In this document: one piece after another, positions 50,625 to 61,455 of the stretch
Layout of the letters: each line of letters begins with the position of its first letter
How positions within the stretch are numbered: position 1 is the first letter of the stretch
Source of the DNA: Gemmatimonadales bacterium
GTDB lineage: Bacteria > Gemmatimonadota > Gemmatimonadetes > Gemmatimonadales > GWC2-71-9
Direction of reading: 5' to 3'
Assembly (NCBI GenBank): GCA_039794085.1
Contig: JBDIWC010000002.1
Coordinates: forward strand, 1-64,000
Length of the DNA stretch: 64,000 nucleotides
Made by a program: the position numbers and the translations under genes
Notes under the pieces: generated by a model
The model's input: only the letters and a program-made list of their open reading frames with translations
Told to the model about the DNA's origin: nothing
Database searches by the model: none

Positions 50625-50741
50625 AACCACGAAATCCACGAAACGACACGAACGCGACGGACCTGACCGTGTTCTTGGGATAGACCGCATCGGGTGGACG
50701 GGGCGGAACGGATTTCGTGCTTTTTCGTGACTTTCGTGGTT
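50625..50741. repeat. 9-bp-period inverted-repeat element, copy 4
   Basis: AACCACGAAATCCACGAAACGACACGAA ... TTCGTGCTTTTTCGTGACTTTCGTGGTT. Confidence 0.85.
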
Positions 50742-50773
50742 CCATCTCTCCCCGTCTGGTATCTTCACTCCCC

Positions 50774-51256
50774 ATGCGACTCGTTGACTTCCTCGACCCC
50801 GGCGCCGTCAGTCTCGATCTCTCCGGGGTCACACCGGAGGCAGTACGGGCGGAACTGGTGGCGTTGTTGCGGATCGGGGACCGGGCCCACGAGGAGAGAC
50901 TGTGCCGTCTTCTGGCTCGGCGTGAGCGGCTCGGAAGTACCGGCATCGGTCGGGGAATCGCCATCCCTCATTGCCGGTCCCTCGGCATGACCCGGCTCCA
51001 CCTCGCTTTCGGACGCCATCGCACCGGCATCGACTACACAGCGATCGACGGGAGACCGGTGCGGTTCTTCTTTCTCATCGTGGCCCCGCCGGTCGAGGTG
51101 GCCAACCGGTATCTGCCGGTTCTGGGGCGCATTGCGTTGCTGGCCCGGGACCGTGAGGTTCCCCGGCGGCTGGCCCGCGCTCGGACGGTGGAGGAGATCG
51201 TCGCCGTACTGGACGGCCGGGACGGCCTCGATCAGGGGGGTCACACCACCGGCTGA
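50774..51256 (+). CDS. PTS EIIA (PtsN/fructose-type) domain protein
   Basis: RE.LGSTGIG.GIAIPH phospho-His motif, DG.PV. Confidence 0.85.
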   Translation: MRLVDFLDPGAVSLDLSGVTPEAVRAELVALLRIGDRAHEERLCRLLARRERLGSTGIGRGIAIPHCRSLGMTRLHLAFGRHRTGIDYTAIDGRPVRFFFLIVAPPVEVANRYLPVLGRIALLARDREVPRRLARARTVEEIVAVLDGRDGLDQGGHTTG

Positions 51257-52107
51257 AACTCCGCGGCACGTTCCCGGACGAACGCCTCGAAGGTGCGAGG
51301 CTCGCGGCCACCCACGGTTCTGATCACATCCGTGACGGTGGCATTGGAGCCGTCGGCCAGTTCGTCGCCCAGAGCCACCAGGTCATCCGCCAGCCATTGG
51401 GGACATCCGCCGCGCACCAGGCGATCCCGGGCCTCATGCCGGAGCAGATCCACATAGGCGACCCGATGCCCCGTCACCCGGGAGATGGTTTCGGCCACCT
51501 GTAGCATGGTGAGGGAGGCGGGACCGGTCACCTCGAGCGTCCGGGCCGCGCCCTCGATCGATGTCGTCAGCACCCCCGCGGCCACCGCCGCTATGTCCCC
51601 CACGTCGACATAGGCCACCCGCGCATCCCCGATCGACCCGTACAGACGACCCTCCTCCCGCACGGTCGGCGCGTCTCCCAGGAAGTTCTGCATGAAGGCG
51701 GCACACCGCAGGCTGGTGAGCGGCATGCCGAAGGCCGCCCACTGCTCCTCGGACCGGGCATGCCACCGGAGCAACGACACCGGGGAATCGGCCCGTGCTC
51801 CGAGGCCCGACATCCGGACGCAGTGCTCCACCCGATGTCGCTGGGCCGCCCCCATCAGGTGACGCTCCATTTCGACCTGGGAGGGATCGGGAGATGAGGC
51901 CAGGAACACCCTCCGGATCCCTTCCAGGGGAGCATCGAGAGTTTCGGGGATGGCCAGGTTTCCCACCATCACCGGCACACCCCTGTCCCGCAGGTCAGCA
52001 CCGCGGCGAGGATCCCGGACCAGGGCGCGCACCGGGACCTTTCGTTCCATGAGCTCCCGTACCACCCCGCTCCCCACCTTCCCCGTGGCCCCGATGACGA
52101 GAATCAT
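51241..52107 (-). CDS. NmrA-like atypical SDR NAD(P)H-binding protein
   Basis: GATGKVG, FMQN, VDVGDIA, TGP. Confidence 0.85.
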   Translation of the reverse strand: MILVIGATGKVGSGVVRELMERKVPVRALVRDPRRGADLRDRGVPVMVGNLAIPETLDAPLEGIRRVFLASSPDPSQVEMERHLMGAAQRHRVEHCVRMSGLGARADSPVSLLRWHARSEEQWAAFGMPLTSLRCAAFMQNFLGDAPTVREEGRLYGSIGDARVAYVDVGDIAAVAAGVLTTSIEGAARTLEVTGPASLTMLQVAETISRVTGHRVAYVDLLRHEARDRLVRGGCPQWLADDLVALGDELADGSNATVTDVIRTVGGREPRTFEAFVRERAAEFQPVV

Positions 52108-52134
52108 GTTCCCTCCTTTGTGCCGCGATCCTTC

Positions 52135-53688
52135 CTATTCCCACTCGATCGTGGCGGGTGGTTTGGAACTGATATCGTAGACCACCCGATTCACCCCGTC
52201 CACCTCGTTGGCGATCCGGTTGGCCACCCGGGCCAGGACATCGGCCGGAAAGGGGTACCAATCGGCTGTCATGCCGTCCCGGCTGGTGACCGCCCGAAGT
52301 GCGATGACCTGATCATAGCTCCGTTCGTCTCCCACCACACCCACGGAGCGGACGGGGAGGAGCACCGCGAAGGCCTGCCAGATCTCATCGTAGAGATCGG
52401 CCGCGCGGATTTCCTCCAGAAAGATATGATCCGCGGCCCTCAATCGGTCCAGTCCCTCCCGGGTCACCGCCCCCGGAATCCGGATGGCGAGTCCCGGCCC
52501 CGGGAAGGGGTGTCGTCCGACCATCTCCTCGGGGAGGCCCAGTTCGCGGCCCACCTGGCGGACCTCGTCCTTGAACAGCTCGCGAAGGGGCTCCAGCAAT
52601 CCGAAGGGGAGGCGTTCGGGGAGCCCCCCGACGTTGTGGTGAGTCTTGATGGTGGCCGAGGGTCCTCCGTGACTGCTCATCGACTCGATCACATCGGGGT
52701 AGAGGGTCCCCTGCACCAGCCAGCGGACGTCGCTCCCCACCGCCTTCGCCTCCCGCTCGAACACATCGATGAAGGTGTGGCCGATGCGCTTCCGCTTCAC
52801 CTCGGGATCGCTGACTCCCTCCAGCGCGGCCAGAAACTCCTCGGTGGCATCGACCACCCGGAGATCAATGCCGAGATGGCGGCGGAAGGTGCGCTCGACC
52901 TGATCCCGCTCGTGCAGCCGCAGGAGTCCGTGATCCACGAAGATGCAGGTGAGGCGATCGCCGACGGCGCGGTGCACCAGGGCGGCGGCCACCGAGGAGT
53001 CGACGCCGCCCGACAGTCCGCAGATCACCCGGTCGGTGTTCCCCACCTGGTCCTGCACCCGGGTGATCTCCGAGGCGACGAAGTGCTCCGCCGTCCAGTC
53101 GGGAGTGCATCCGCAGATGTCGAAGAGAAAGGTCCCGAGCATCTCCGACCCACGCGGGGTGTGGGCGACTTCCGGATGAAACTGGACCCCGAAGAGGGGG
53201 AGGGTCTCGTGTTCGATCGCCGCGATCGGGGTGTTGTCGCTGGACGCCACGACCCGGAAGCCCGGCGGGGGCTCCATCACGGAATCACCGTGGCTCATCC
53301 AGACGGGGGTCTCCTCACCGGGAGAGAACGTCGGAAAGAGGCGCCCCCCCGTGACACGCAGGTCCGCCCTCCCGTACTCGCGCCGATCGGCCCGGTGCAC
53401 GCGTCCTCCGGCCAGGTGGGCCATCACCTGCATGCCGTAGCAGAGGCCGAGCACGGGGACCCCGAGGTCCAGAAGGCCCGGATCGGCGGTGGGCACGTTG
53501 TCGCCGTACACCGAGGAGGGACCACCCGAGAGAATGATCCCCCGGGGATTCCACCGCCGGATCCACTCCAGATCCCGCGAGGGGGGATGGATCTCACAGT
53601 ACACGCGGGCCTCCCGCACCCGTCTCGCGATGAGCTGAACGTACTGGGCGCCGAAGTCGATGATGAGGATGCCGGGGTGGTGCGTCAT
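52135..53688 (-). CDS. guaA: GMP synthase (glutamine-hydrolysing)
   Basis: [33 protein letters not shown]. Confidence 0.97.
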   Translation of the reverse strand: MTHHPGILIIDFGAQYVQLIARRVREARVYCEIHPPSRDLEWIRRWNPRGIILSGGPSSVYGDNVPTADPGLLDLGVPVLGLCYGMQVMAHLAGGRVHRADRREYGRADLRVTGGRLFPTFSPGEETPVWMSHGDSVMEPPPGFRVVASSDNTPIAAIEHETLPLFGVQFHPEVAHTPRGSEMLGTFLFDICGCTPDWTAEHFVASEITRVQDQVGNTDRVICGLSGGVDSSVAAALVHRAVGDRLTCIFVDHGLLRLHERDQVERTFRRHLGIDLRVVDATEEFLAALEGVSDPEVKRKRIGHTFIDVFEREAKAVGSDVRWLVQGTLYPDVIESMSSHGGPSATIKTHHNVGGLPERLPFGLLEPLRELFKDEVRQVGRELGLPEEMVGRHPFPGPGLAIRIPGAVTREGLDRLRAADHIFLEEIRAADLYDEIWQAFAVLLPVRSVGVVGDERSYDQVIALRAVTSRDGMTADWYPFPADVLARVANRIANEVDGVNRVVYDISSKPPATIEWE

Positions 53689-54971
53689 GACGGTCCGCGG
53701 TCGGAGGAGAGGAGGGAGAGGGGATCGGGCCGCTCGCGGCGGAACAGGTCATCGACCGTTTCGCGGGCGCGGGCGAGCGCCGAGCGTCCCCCGGCCACCA
53801 CCACCTCCGGGGGCCGTCTCCGCAAGTTATAGTTCGACCCCATGCTGTAGGCGTAGGCGCCGGCACCCAGCACCGCGAGCACGGTTCCGGCGGGCACCGC
53901 GGGGAGCACTCGATCCCGGGCCAGCCAGTCGCCGGTCTCGCACACCGGGCCCACCACGTCCGTGGGACCGACCGGGCCGGCGACGGGGCACACCGGGACA
54001 ATGTGATGATAGGCCTGGTAGAGACTCGGCCGGGACAGGTCGTTCATCCCGGCATCCACAATGACAAAATCCTTCCCCCCGGAATGTTTCCGGTAGAGGA
54101 CTCGAGTGAGGAGAACTCCCCCCGGCCCCACCAGGTACCGGCCCGGTTCCATCTGCGCCTCAAGTCCGCTCTGGCGGACCCCGGTGGCCACCGCCGCCGC
54201 GAGGTCCCGGGGGTCGAGCGCGACTTCGTCCCGGAACCGCATGCCGATGCCCCCCCCGAGGTCGAGCACCCGCAGATCATCGGCGAGGTGGTTCGCTCTC
54301 AGGCGATCGAGAAGGCCGAGCAGGCACGTGAGTCCGTTCCCATAGGGAGCGGGTACGAGGAGTTGGCTTCCCAGGTGCATTCCCAGAGTGTGAAAGGCAA
54401 GCCGGGGCGAGGCCGCAATCTTCTCGGCGGCGGCCTCCACCTGGTCGGCGGGAATGCCGAACTTGATCCCGGCCTGGCCGGTGGAAATGTAAGGATGAGT
54501 CTCGGTCGTCACTCCGGGATTCACCCGGATACCCACCGCCACATCCCGCCCTTGGTGCGCGGCGACCCGGGCCAGAAGGTCAATTTCCTTCGGGGACTCC
54601 ACATGGATCGCCCCGAGGCCGGCCCGCACCGCCTCCGCCAGCTCCTTCTCGGTTTTCCCGACGCCGCTGTAGACGATGCGGTCGGCGGGAATTCCCGCCC
54701 GGAGCGCCGCCGCCATCTCCCCGCCGGACACGATGTCCGCCCCGGCGCCGAGAGCGGCGAGGGTTTCCAGAATGGCCCGGGAGCCATTGGCCTTGACGGC
54801 ATAGCGGACACGGAGAGGCACCCCCTGACCGGCGAAGGCCTGGTGCAGGAGATCGTGCCGTGACCGGAGCACATCCAGATTGTACACGAAGATCGGGGTG
54901 TCGAACTCCCGGGCCACGGTGGCGAGGGAGACCCCCGCCATGTCCAGCGAGCCATCCGGCGCACGGCTCAT
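53685..54971 (-). CDS. lysA: Diaminopimelate decarboxylase
   Basis: [32 protein letters not shown]; start uncertain. Confidence 0.92.
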   Translation of the reverse strand: MSRAPDGSLDMAGVSLATVAREFDTPIFVYNLDVLRSRHDLLHQAFAGQGVPLRVRYAVKANGSRAILETLAALGAGADIVSGGEMAAALRAGIPADRIVYSGVGKTEKELAEAVRAGLGAIHVESPKEIDLLARVAAHQGRDVAVGIRVNPGVTTETHPYISTGQAGIKFGIPADQVEAAAEKIAASPRLAFHTLGMHLGSQLLVPAPYGNGLTCLLGLLDRLRANHLADDLRVLDLGGGIGMRFRDEVALDPRDLAAAVATGVRQSGLEAQMEPGRYLVGPGGVLLTRVLYRKHSGGKDFVIVDAGMNDLSRPSLYQAYHHIVPVCPVAGPVGPTDVVGPVCETGDWLARDRVLPAVPAGTVLAVLGAGAYAYSMGSNYNLRRRPPEVVVAGGRSALARARETVDDLFRRERPDPLSLLSSDRGPS

Positions 54972-55033
54972 CCCTCCCTCCGCCAGAAGGTCCGCCTCCC
55001 ACGGTTCCCTCGGGTCGACGGGCGGGACCACCC

Positions 55034-56476
55034 TCAGTACGCCTTGGCCCAGACCGCCTCGTCCCGCGCGGGATTCCCACACCAGAGACAGGTGGCCGGC
55101 GGGGACTCGGACCGGAACTCGGCATCAGGAAGCACGCGAATGGTGGCCTTGGTGGTGCTCTTGATGTCCGCTTCGCACGCCACCTGACCGCACCACCCCC
55201 CGTAGACGAATCCTCCGTCTCCCTCCATGAGCGCGATGAAATCGTCCCGGCTCACGCCGCGATGACTGTTGGCCTCCCGCCGCTGGAGGGCGGCCGTCAG
55301 CATGTCGGCCTGCATGAGATCCAGCGCCTCACGAACCGTTGCCACCACCCCCGCGCGAGGCGCCGGCGCCTTCCCGCCGGTGCGCCGGGCCAGCATCACC
55401 GTGCCCTGGGCCAGGTCCCGCGGCCCGATCTCCATCCGGAGTGGCACCCCGCGCGTCTCCCATTCGTAGTACTTCGCCCCCGGCTTGATCCCCTCCCGAA
55501 CGTCGATCGTGGCGCGAATCCCGGCCTCCCGCAGCTCCGCGAGGAGAGCGTGGCCCGCCTCCGCGGTGGCGCTCCGTTCCTCGTCGCTCCGCCAGATGGG
55601 GACCACCACGACCTGCCACTGCGCCAGGCGGGGCGGGCAGACGAGGCCGGCATCGTCACCGTGGGTCATGATGAGGCCGCCGATCAGGCGGGTGGACACT
55701 CCCCAGGACGTGCTCCAGACATGGTCCAGTCCCCCGTCCGCCGTCTGGTAGGTCACGTCGAACGCCCGGGCAAAGTTCTGGCCCAGGTTGTGGCTGGTAC
55801 CGGCCTGGAGCGACTTGTTGTCCTGCATCAGAGCTTCGCAGGCGTAGGTCCGCACCGCCCCGGCAAAGCGCTCTGAATCGCTCTTGCGCCCGGTGAGCAC
55901 CGGCATCGCCATCCACGATTCCATGAAGGTGCGGTAGATCCCGAGGATCCGGAGAGTTTCCTCCTCCGCCTCCGCCTCGCTGGCATGTGCGGTATGGCCC
56001 TCCTGCCAGAGGAACTCGGTGGTCCGCAGGAAGAGGCGCGTCCGCAGTTCCCATCGCACCACGTTGGCCCACTGGTTGAGCAGCACCGGAAGGTCCCGGT
56101 AGCTCTGGATCCACTTCGACAGCATCGCGTAGATGATGGTTTCCGACGTGGGGCGCACGACCAGAGGCTCCTCCAGGAGCTTGCCCCCTCCGTGGGTCAC
56201 CACCGCCGTTTCCGGGGCGAATCCCTCGACATGCTCCGCTTCCTTGGCCAGGAAGCTTTGCGGAATGAAGAGCGGGAAATACGCATTCTGATGCCCGGTG
56301 TCCTTGAACATCCGGTCCAGACCCCGTTGCATCTCCTCCCAGATGGCGTACCCGTTGGGCCGGATGACCATGCACCCCCGGACCGGACTGTAGTCGGCGA
56401 GTTCGGATCGCAGGACGAGTTCGTTGTACCAGGCGTTGAAGTCCTTCGCCCGGGGAGTCAGACCTTTGTCAGCCAT
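55034..56476 (-). CDS. proS: Proline--tRNA ligase (archaeal/eukaryote-like type)
   Basis: [28 protein letters not shown]-terminal AKAY. Confidence 0.95.
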   Translation of the reverse strand: MADKGLTPRAKDFNAWYNELVLRSELADYSPVRGCMVIRPNGYAIWEEMQRGLDRMFKDTGHQNAYFPLFIPQSFLAKEAEHVEGFAPETAVVTHGGGKLLEEPLVVRPTSETIIYAMLSKWIQSYRDLPVLLNQWANVVRWELRTRLFLRTTEFLWQEGHTAHASEAEAEEETLRILGIYRTFMESWMAMPVLTGRKSDSERFAGAVRTYACEALMQDNKSLQAGTSHNLGQNFARAFDVTYQTADGGLDHVWSTSWGVSTRLIGGLIMTHGDDAGLVCPPRLAQWQVVVVPIWRSDEERSATAEAGHALLAELREAGIRATIDVREGIKPGAKYYEWETRGVPLRMEIGPRDLAQGTVMLARRTGGKAPAPRAGVVATVREALDLMQADMLTAALQRREANSHRGVSRDDFIALMEGDGGFVYGGWCGQVACEADIKSTTKATIRVLPDAEFRSESPPATCLWCGNPARDEAVWAKAY

Positions 56477-57806
56477 CGTGGGCCATCGGCGTTTCGTGGG
56501 AGGTGGCGGATGCCGCGAGGGCAGTCCGAAGCGTGGCGACCGCGCGGTCGCGCGGAACGTGCCGCTGGGTGTTGGTGGCCAGGTCCTTCAGCACCACCTC
56601 CCCGCGGGCGCGGTCGTCAGGGCCGATCACAACGGCCCAGGTGGCCCGCCGAGCGTCGGCGTGGCGCAGTTGGCGGCCCAGTGCCTGGACAGAGAGGCCA
56701 TACTCGGTCCGTACCCCGGCCCTCCGCAGTTCTGCCGCCAGGGAAAGGACGTGGACCTGATCCTCAGGAGTGACTCCGGCCACCCAGACATCGAGTCGTC
56801 CGGGTGTCCCGGGGACGAGGTTCCGGTCCTTCAATAGTTCCCCGAGCACCACGTCTCCCATGCCAAATCCGCAGGCGGGAAGGTCGACGCCGCCCAGCGC
56901 GAGCAGGAGACCGTCATACCGCCCGCCGCCACAGATGGCACGGAGGGATCGTCCCGCATCGAAGAGTTCGAACACGGTACCTGTGTAGTAGGCGAGGCCA
57001 CGCACGATGGTCAGGTCGACATCGACGAAGTCACCGACACCCAACGCCTCCAGCCCGGCCACCACGGCGCGGAGACCGGTGCCGGCGTCCTCCCCCCCCG
57101 GGACCATCGCCAGGGCTTCCTCGACGGCGGGCATCCCCCGGAGTCCGGCCACCGCGCGGAGGGGTTCCGCCATCCCGGATCCGAGCCCGGAGCGCTCCAG
57201 CATCTCGTCGAGGGCCGCCGGTGTGAGGCGCTCGATCTTGTCCACCACCTGGTAGGCCTCGGAGAGCATCTCCTCGACCACCCCGGCCTGCCGAAGCAGC
57301 GCCGCGAGCACCCGGCGGTCGGAGAGCCGTACCCGGACCTCCCGGGGTCCCAGCCCCAGTTCCCGCATGATCTCGAGGGCCAGCGCAATCACCTCGGCGT
57401 CCGCGAGCGGTCCGGGTTCGCCGATCAGATCGCAGTTGAGCTGGAAGTGTTCCCGGAGCCGGCCCCGCTGCTGCCGTTCATAGCGAAAGAGCTGTGGCGT
57501 GGCGAACCACCGGATCGGTTTGCGGAGTCCATTCGCCCGAGCCGCCACCATCCGAGCGAGGGTGGGCGTCATTTCCGGACGCAGTGCCACCTGCCGCCCC
57601 CCCTTGTCCTCGAACGCATAGAGCTGGGTCACGATTTCGGGGCCGCTCTTGGAGGTATAGAGTTCCAGTGGCTCCAGGGGAGGACCGTCGTATTCATCGA
57701 AACCGAAGCGGAGGGCCACGCGCCGCCAGGCAGCAACAATGTGTGCGCGGAGGGCAAAGTCGTCGGGATAGAAGTCGCGGAATCCCGGCAGCGCCTTGGT
57801 GTGCAT
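56469..57806 (-). CDS. hisS: Histidine--tRNA ligase
   Basis: [33 protein letters not shown]. Confidence 0.95.
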   Translation of the reverse strand: MHTKALPGFRDFYPDDFALRAHIVAAWRRVALRFGFDEYDGPPLEPLELYTSKSGPEIVTQLYAFEDKGGRQVALRPEMTPTLARMVAARANGLRKPIRWFATPQLFRYERQQRGRLREHFQLNCDLIGEPGPLADAEVIALALEIMRELGLGPREVRVRLSDRRVLAALLRQAGVVEEMLSEAYQVVDKIERLTPAALDEMLERSGLGSGMAEPLRAVAGLRGMPAVEEALAMVPGGEDAGTGLRAVVAGLEALGVGDFVDVDLTIVRGLAYYTGTVFELFDAGRSLRAICGGGRYDGLLLALGGVDLPACGFGMGDVVLGELLKDRNLVPGTPGRLDVWVAGVTPEDQVHVLSLAAELRRAGVRTEYGLSVQALGRQLRHADARRATWAVVIGPDDRARGEVVLKDLATNTQRHVPRDRAVATLRTALAASATSHETPMAHDG

Positions 57807-57857
57807 CCCGGGCAAAATAAGCCCCCCGCCCCGCGGGTACCACCCCGAAAACCTCTG

Positions 57858-59150
57858 CTACAGGGGATGCGGGGGTGGGTCGACGACTTCGGCCAGACCG
57901 AGGTCCGCGAGAACATCCCCCACGGTGTGGAAGGAACCGGTGACCAGGACCGTGGCGGCGCCCTCGCGCACCACCCGGAGCGCCTCCTGGAAGTCGGGCA
58001 CCAGGCTCCAGTGGGCCCGCGGGGTCGGTCGGTCGGTGCGCTCAAGCCACTCCTGGAGCCAGGTCGTGTTCCACCCGCGGTCCAGGGCGGTCGGAGCCAC
58101 GGTGAGAACGCCCCGATCGATCACCGCGTCGAGGGCCACCAGCATCTCGGGCCAGGGCTTGTCCCCGAGGATGGAGACCAATGCGTGCACCGGACCCGGC
58201 AGCGGTTCAGCCCGAAGCGCATCGGTGAGGGAGGCCATTCCGTCGGGATTGTGAGCCACATCGAAGAGCCAGCGGCCCCGGCGGTCGAGCCGGCCGGGCA
58301 CCGTCACCGTCGAGAAGGCCCTTTCCACCGCCGCTTCCGGAGGGCGGTACGGTTCCGGCAGCGCCCGGAGGGCGGCGTGAGCCACGGCCGCATTTCGTCG
58401 TTGATGCGAGCCTCGGAGCCGCAGGTCTCCTTCCCATCTCCCGTCCGGCGCGAGGGGCCGCCACAGAAGTTCGCCCCGGCCGGAAGCGGCCACCGCCTCC
58501 CGTGCCGCCGTCTCAAGGACACCCCGCACGACCGGGTCCCGCTCGCCCACCACGAACGGCCTCCCCGGCTTGGCGATCCATGCCTTTTCACGGGCAATCG
58601 CCTCCACTGTGTCTCCGAGGTACTTCTGGTGATCCTTCGCGATCCCCGTGACCACCGAGACGAGGGGGTCGACCACGTTCGTGCTATCGAGGCGTCCGCC
58701 GAGCCCCACTTCCACCACCGCGATCTCGGCGCCGCGGGCGGCCATGTCGGCAAAGGCCATGGCCGTCGTGGTTTCGAAGAAGGTGGCTCCCAGGTGGGTG
58801 GCCCGCGGTTGCAGGCGACGGGCCCACATCGTCACGGCGCCCTCGCTGATGGGCTCCCCATCGACCCGGATGCGCTCCCGGAAGGAGGTCAGGTGGGGAG
58901 AGGTGTACAGTCCGACCCGCCATCCCGCCTCGGAGAGGGCACCCGCCATGAGGTGGGAGACGCTCCCCTTCCCGTTCGTGCCCCCCACGTGGACCATGGG
59001 AACCACTCGCTCCGGATGTCCCAGGCTGTCCAGGAGGTCCCGGGTGGTGTCGAGCCCGAACTTGATCGTCGTGATCCGGGGAAAGAGCCAGGCCAGGGCG
59101 TCGGGATAGGATCCGATGAGCGACGCAGGCTCCGCGAAGGAGGTGGACAT
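57858..59150 (-). CDS. folC: Folylpolyglutamate synthase/dihydrofolate synthase
   Basis: GTNGKGS, TSPHL, EVGLGGRLDSTN, DVAHN. Confidence 0.93.
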   Translation of the reverse strand: MSTSFAEPASLIGSYPDALAWLFPRITTIKFGLDTTRDLLDSLGHPERVVPMVHVGGTNGKGSVSHLMAGALSEAGWRVGLYTSPHLTSFRERIRVDGEPISEGAVTMWARRLQPRATHLGATFFETTTAMAFADMAARGAEIAVVEVGLGGRLDSTNVVDPLVSVVTGIAKDHQKYLGDTVEAIAREKAWIAKPGRPFVVGERDPVVRGVLETAAREAVAASGRGELLWRPLAPDGRWEGDLRLRGSHQRRNAAVAHAALRALPEPYRPPEAAVERAFSTVTVPGRLDRRGRWLFDVAHNPDGMASLTDALRAEPLPGPVHALVSILGDKPWPEMLVALDAVIDRGVLTVAPTALDRGWNTTWLQEWLERTDRPTPRAHWSLVPDFQEALRVVREGAATVLVTGSFHTVGDVLADLGLAEVVDPPPHPL

Positions 59151-59224
59151 GGCTTCACAACCACGAAGCCGGTGGTCGGAGCAGTCCGATCACCGGCTTC
59201 GGTCCGGGGCGGGATGGTCGCGTC

Positions 59225-60094
59225 TCAGGCCGCGTCACCCGCATCCGAAGGTTGGGGACGGTATCTCTGCATGTGGCGCAGGAGACGGGCGGTGGTTTCC
59301 CGGAGAGAGCCCCGGGGAACCACTCCGTCGATCTGGCCATGGTCCAGGAGGAATTCCGCCGTCTGAAACCCCTCGGGAAGATCCTGACCAATGGTCTGCT
59401 TGATCACTCGCTGCCCGGCGAACCCGATCACCGCGCCCGGCTCGGCCAGGATCACGTCCCCCTGCATGGCAAAGGAGGCGGACACCCCGCCGGTGGTCGG
59501 GTCGGTGAGAATGCTGAGATAGGGAATCGAGAGGGAGCGGAGGCGGGCGATAGCGGCGGAGGTCTTGGCCATTTGCATCAGGGAAAAGACGCCCTCCTGC
59601 ATGCGGGCGCCGCCCGAGGTGCTGACCAGGATCAGGGGGACACGTTTCTCGGCGGATCGTCTGGCCAACCGGGTGATCTTCTCTCCCACGACCGATCCCA
59701 TCGACCCTCCCATGAAGGCGAAGTTCATCACCCCGAGGTGGGCCTGCATCCCCTCGATCTTGCAGGCTCCCGTCATGATGGCATCGGCACACCCGGCCTT
59801 CCGCTGGTTGGCCACCAGGCGATCGGGGTACTGCTCGAACTGGAGCGGATCCAGGGACGTCACCGCAGGCCAGAGCTCCCGCCACGTCCCGGCATCCACC
59901 AACATGCCGACGTACCCTTCCGCGTGGAACCGGCGATGGTGCCCGCACTCCGGGCAGACGTTAAATGCCTTCTCGAACTTCTCCCGCAGATCGGTGTGCC
60001 CGCAGCCGGGACACTTGTCCCACGCATCGCGGGGGATCTCGAGCCGCTCTCGTTGAGAGGCGCGCGGCTTCCGCTCTTTCTTAAACCAGGCCAT
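59225..60094 (-). CDS. accD: Acetyl-CoA carboxylase carboxyltransferase beta subunit
   Basis: C4 zinc finger, FMGGSMG, GGARMQEG, PTTGGV (alternative start 60103). Confidence 0.95.
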   Translation of the reverse strand: MAWFKKERKPRASQRERLEIPRDAWDKCPGCGHTDLREKFEKAFNVCPECGHHRRFHAEGYVGMLVDAGTWRELWPAVTSLDPLQFEQYPDRLVANQRKAGCADAIMTGACKIEGMQAHLGVMNFAFMGGSMGSVVGEKITRLARRSAEKRVPLILVSTSGGARMQEGVFSLMQMAKTSAAIARLRSLSIPYLSILTDPTTGGVSASFAMQGDVILAEPGAVIGFAGQRVIKQTIGQDLPEGFQTAEFLLDHGQIDGVVPRGSLRETTARLLRHMQRYRPQPSDAGDAA

Positions 60095-60213
60095 AACAGC
60101 CATAGGTATCTGTCCGAAGGAGAAGGTGGTCTCGGGAAACCGGACGCGTCGGCATCACCTGCAATCTGGGGCAGAAACGCAACACGCGCTAGGCCCCAAC
60201 ACCCAAGATGTTG

Positions 60214-61455
60214 TCATACAACGAGATAGCTCGACCGCCTCGATTCCTGCGCGGCCCGGAGAACCAACCCCATGCCCATGGCCGTCGTGAGCACAAAGGA
60301 GCCTCCGTAGCTGAAAAACGGCAGGGGAATCCCCGTGATCGGCATGAGATTGACGGTCATTCCCACGTTTTCAATGATGTGGGTTGCCAGAAGCCCGAGC
60401 ACGCCGAACGCCACGAGACTACCGAAGGGATCCACGGCTTCGCGCGCGATGCGGACCAGCGCGAACAGCAGTGCCAGAAACAGCACGAGGGCGAGGAGCA
60501 CCCCCAGGAACCCGAGTTCCTCCCCGACGATGGGGAAGATGAAATCGGTGTGCTGCTCCGGGATGAACGCGAGCCGTTTCTGGGGGCCCTCAAGGAACCC
60601 GTTTCCCGTCCATCCTCCCGATCCAACCGCCACGCGCGACTGGATGGCCTGATAGCCCGAGCGCACCGGGTCGGATTCGGGATTGAGGAAGGTCACCAGG
60701 CGCTGTTGCTGATAGGGTTTGAGGCGATTCCAGAGCATGATGGCGAGAACACCCATGGCGCTGTTCACGACATAGACAAAGACTCCCTCCCCGACCCACC
60801 GGCGCCAGGCAATCAGCAGCAGGAACAGGAGGATCATCCATCCGGCCCAGAGCCGGGTGTCCACGGCAAGGAGAAGACTGATGACGGGAGAGGCGAGCAT
60901 CAGCAGGAGGGAGGGGCGCACCCCGGCCCAGAACAACATGGAGAAAAAGATGCCCACGAAGACGATCGCACTTCCCAGATCGGGCTGCGCCATCACGAGG
61001 AGAAAGGGCGCCCCGGCGATGAGGGCGGGGCGGATGAGGGCACGGAGAGTTTGTGGTGCTTCCCGGAGGTCGGTGAGGTAACGAGCCAGAAAGAGGATGG
61101 TGGCGATCTTGGCCAACTCGGAGGGCTGGCCCAACCGGATGCCGCCCACGGTGAGCCAGCTGCGGGAACTCGCCGCCCCCCCCGCCCCCGTTCCCATGAC
61201 GAGGGTGAGTCCGAGGATCAGAAGCGAGAGGACCCAGATGCCGGGAGCGGCCCACTCCAGGATCCGGAAGGACACCCGGGACATGACCAGAGCGACGACC
61301 ACGCCCAGCCCCATCCAGGCCAGCTGGCGAGTCCAGGCCCCGGTGGCGTTGGTCGGTACGTCGGTCTGGCCGGCCGAGTACAGGATGGTGATTCCGAACA
61401 AGGCGAGGAGGACCACCAGGACCACCAATCCGCGATCGGCGCGGGGGGCGCTCAT
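60214..61455 (-). CDS. rodA: Rod shape-determining SEDS glycosyltransferase RodA
   Basis: QPSELAK, QPDLGS, PEQHTDFIF, GIPLPFFSYGGS. Confidence 0.93.
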   Translation of the reverse strand: MSAPRADRGLVVLVVLLALFGITILYSAGQTDVPTNATGAWTRQLAWMGLGVVVALVMSRVSFRILEWAAPGIWVLSLLILGLTLVMGTGAGGAASSRSWLTVGGIRLGQPSELAKIATILFLARYLTDLREAPQTLRALIRPALIAGAPFLLVMAQPDLGSAIVFVGIFFSMLFWAGVRPSLLLMLASPVISLLLAVDTRLWAGWMILLFLLLIAWRRWVGEGVFVYVVNSAMGVLAIMLWNRLKPYQQQRLVTFLNPESDPVRSGYQAIQSRVAVGSGGWTGNGFLEGPQKRLAFIPEQHTDFIFPIVGEELGFLGVLLALVLFLALLFALVRIAREAVDPFGSLVAFGVLGLLATHIIENVGMTVNLMPITGIPLPFFSYGGSFVLTTAMGMGLVLRAAQESRRSSYLVV

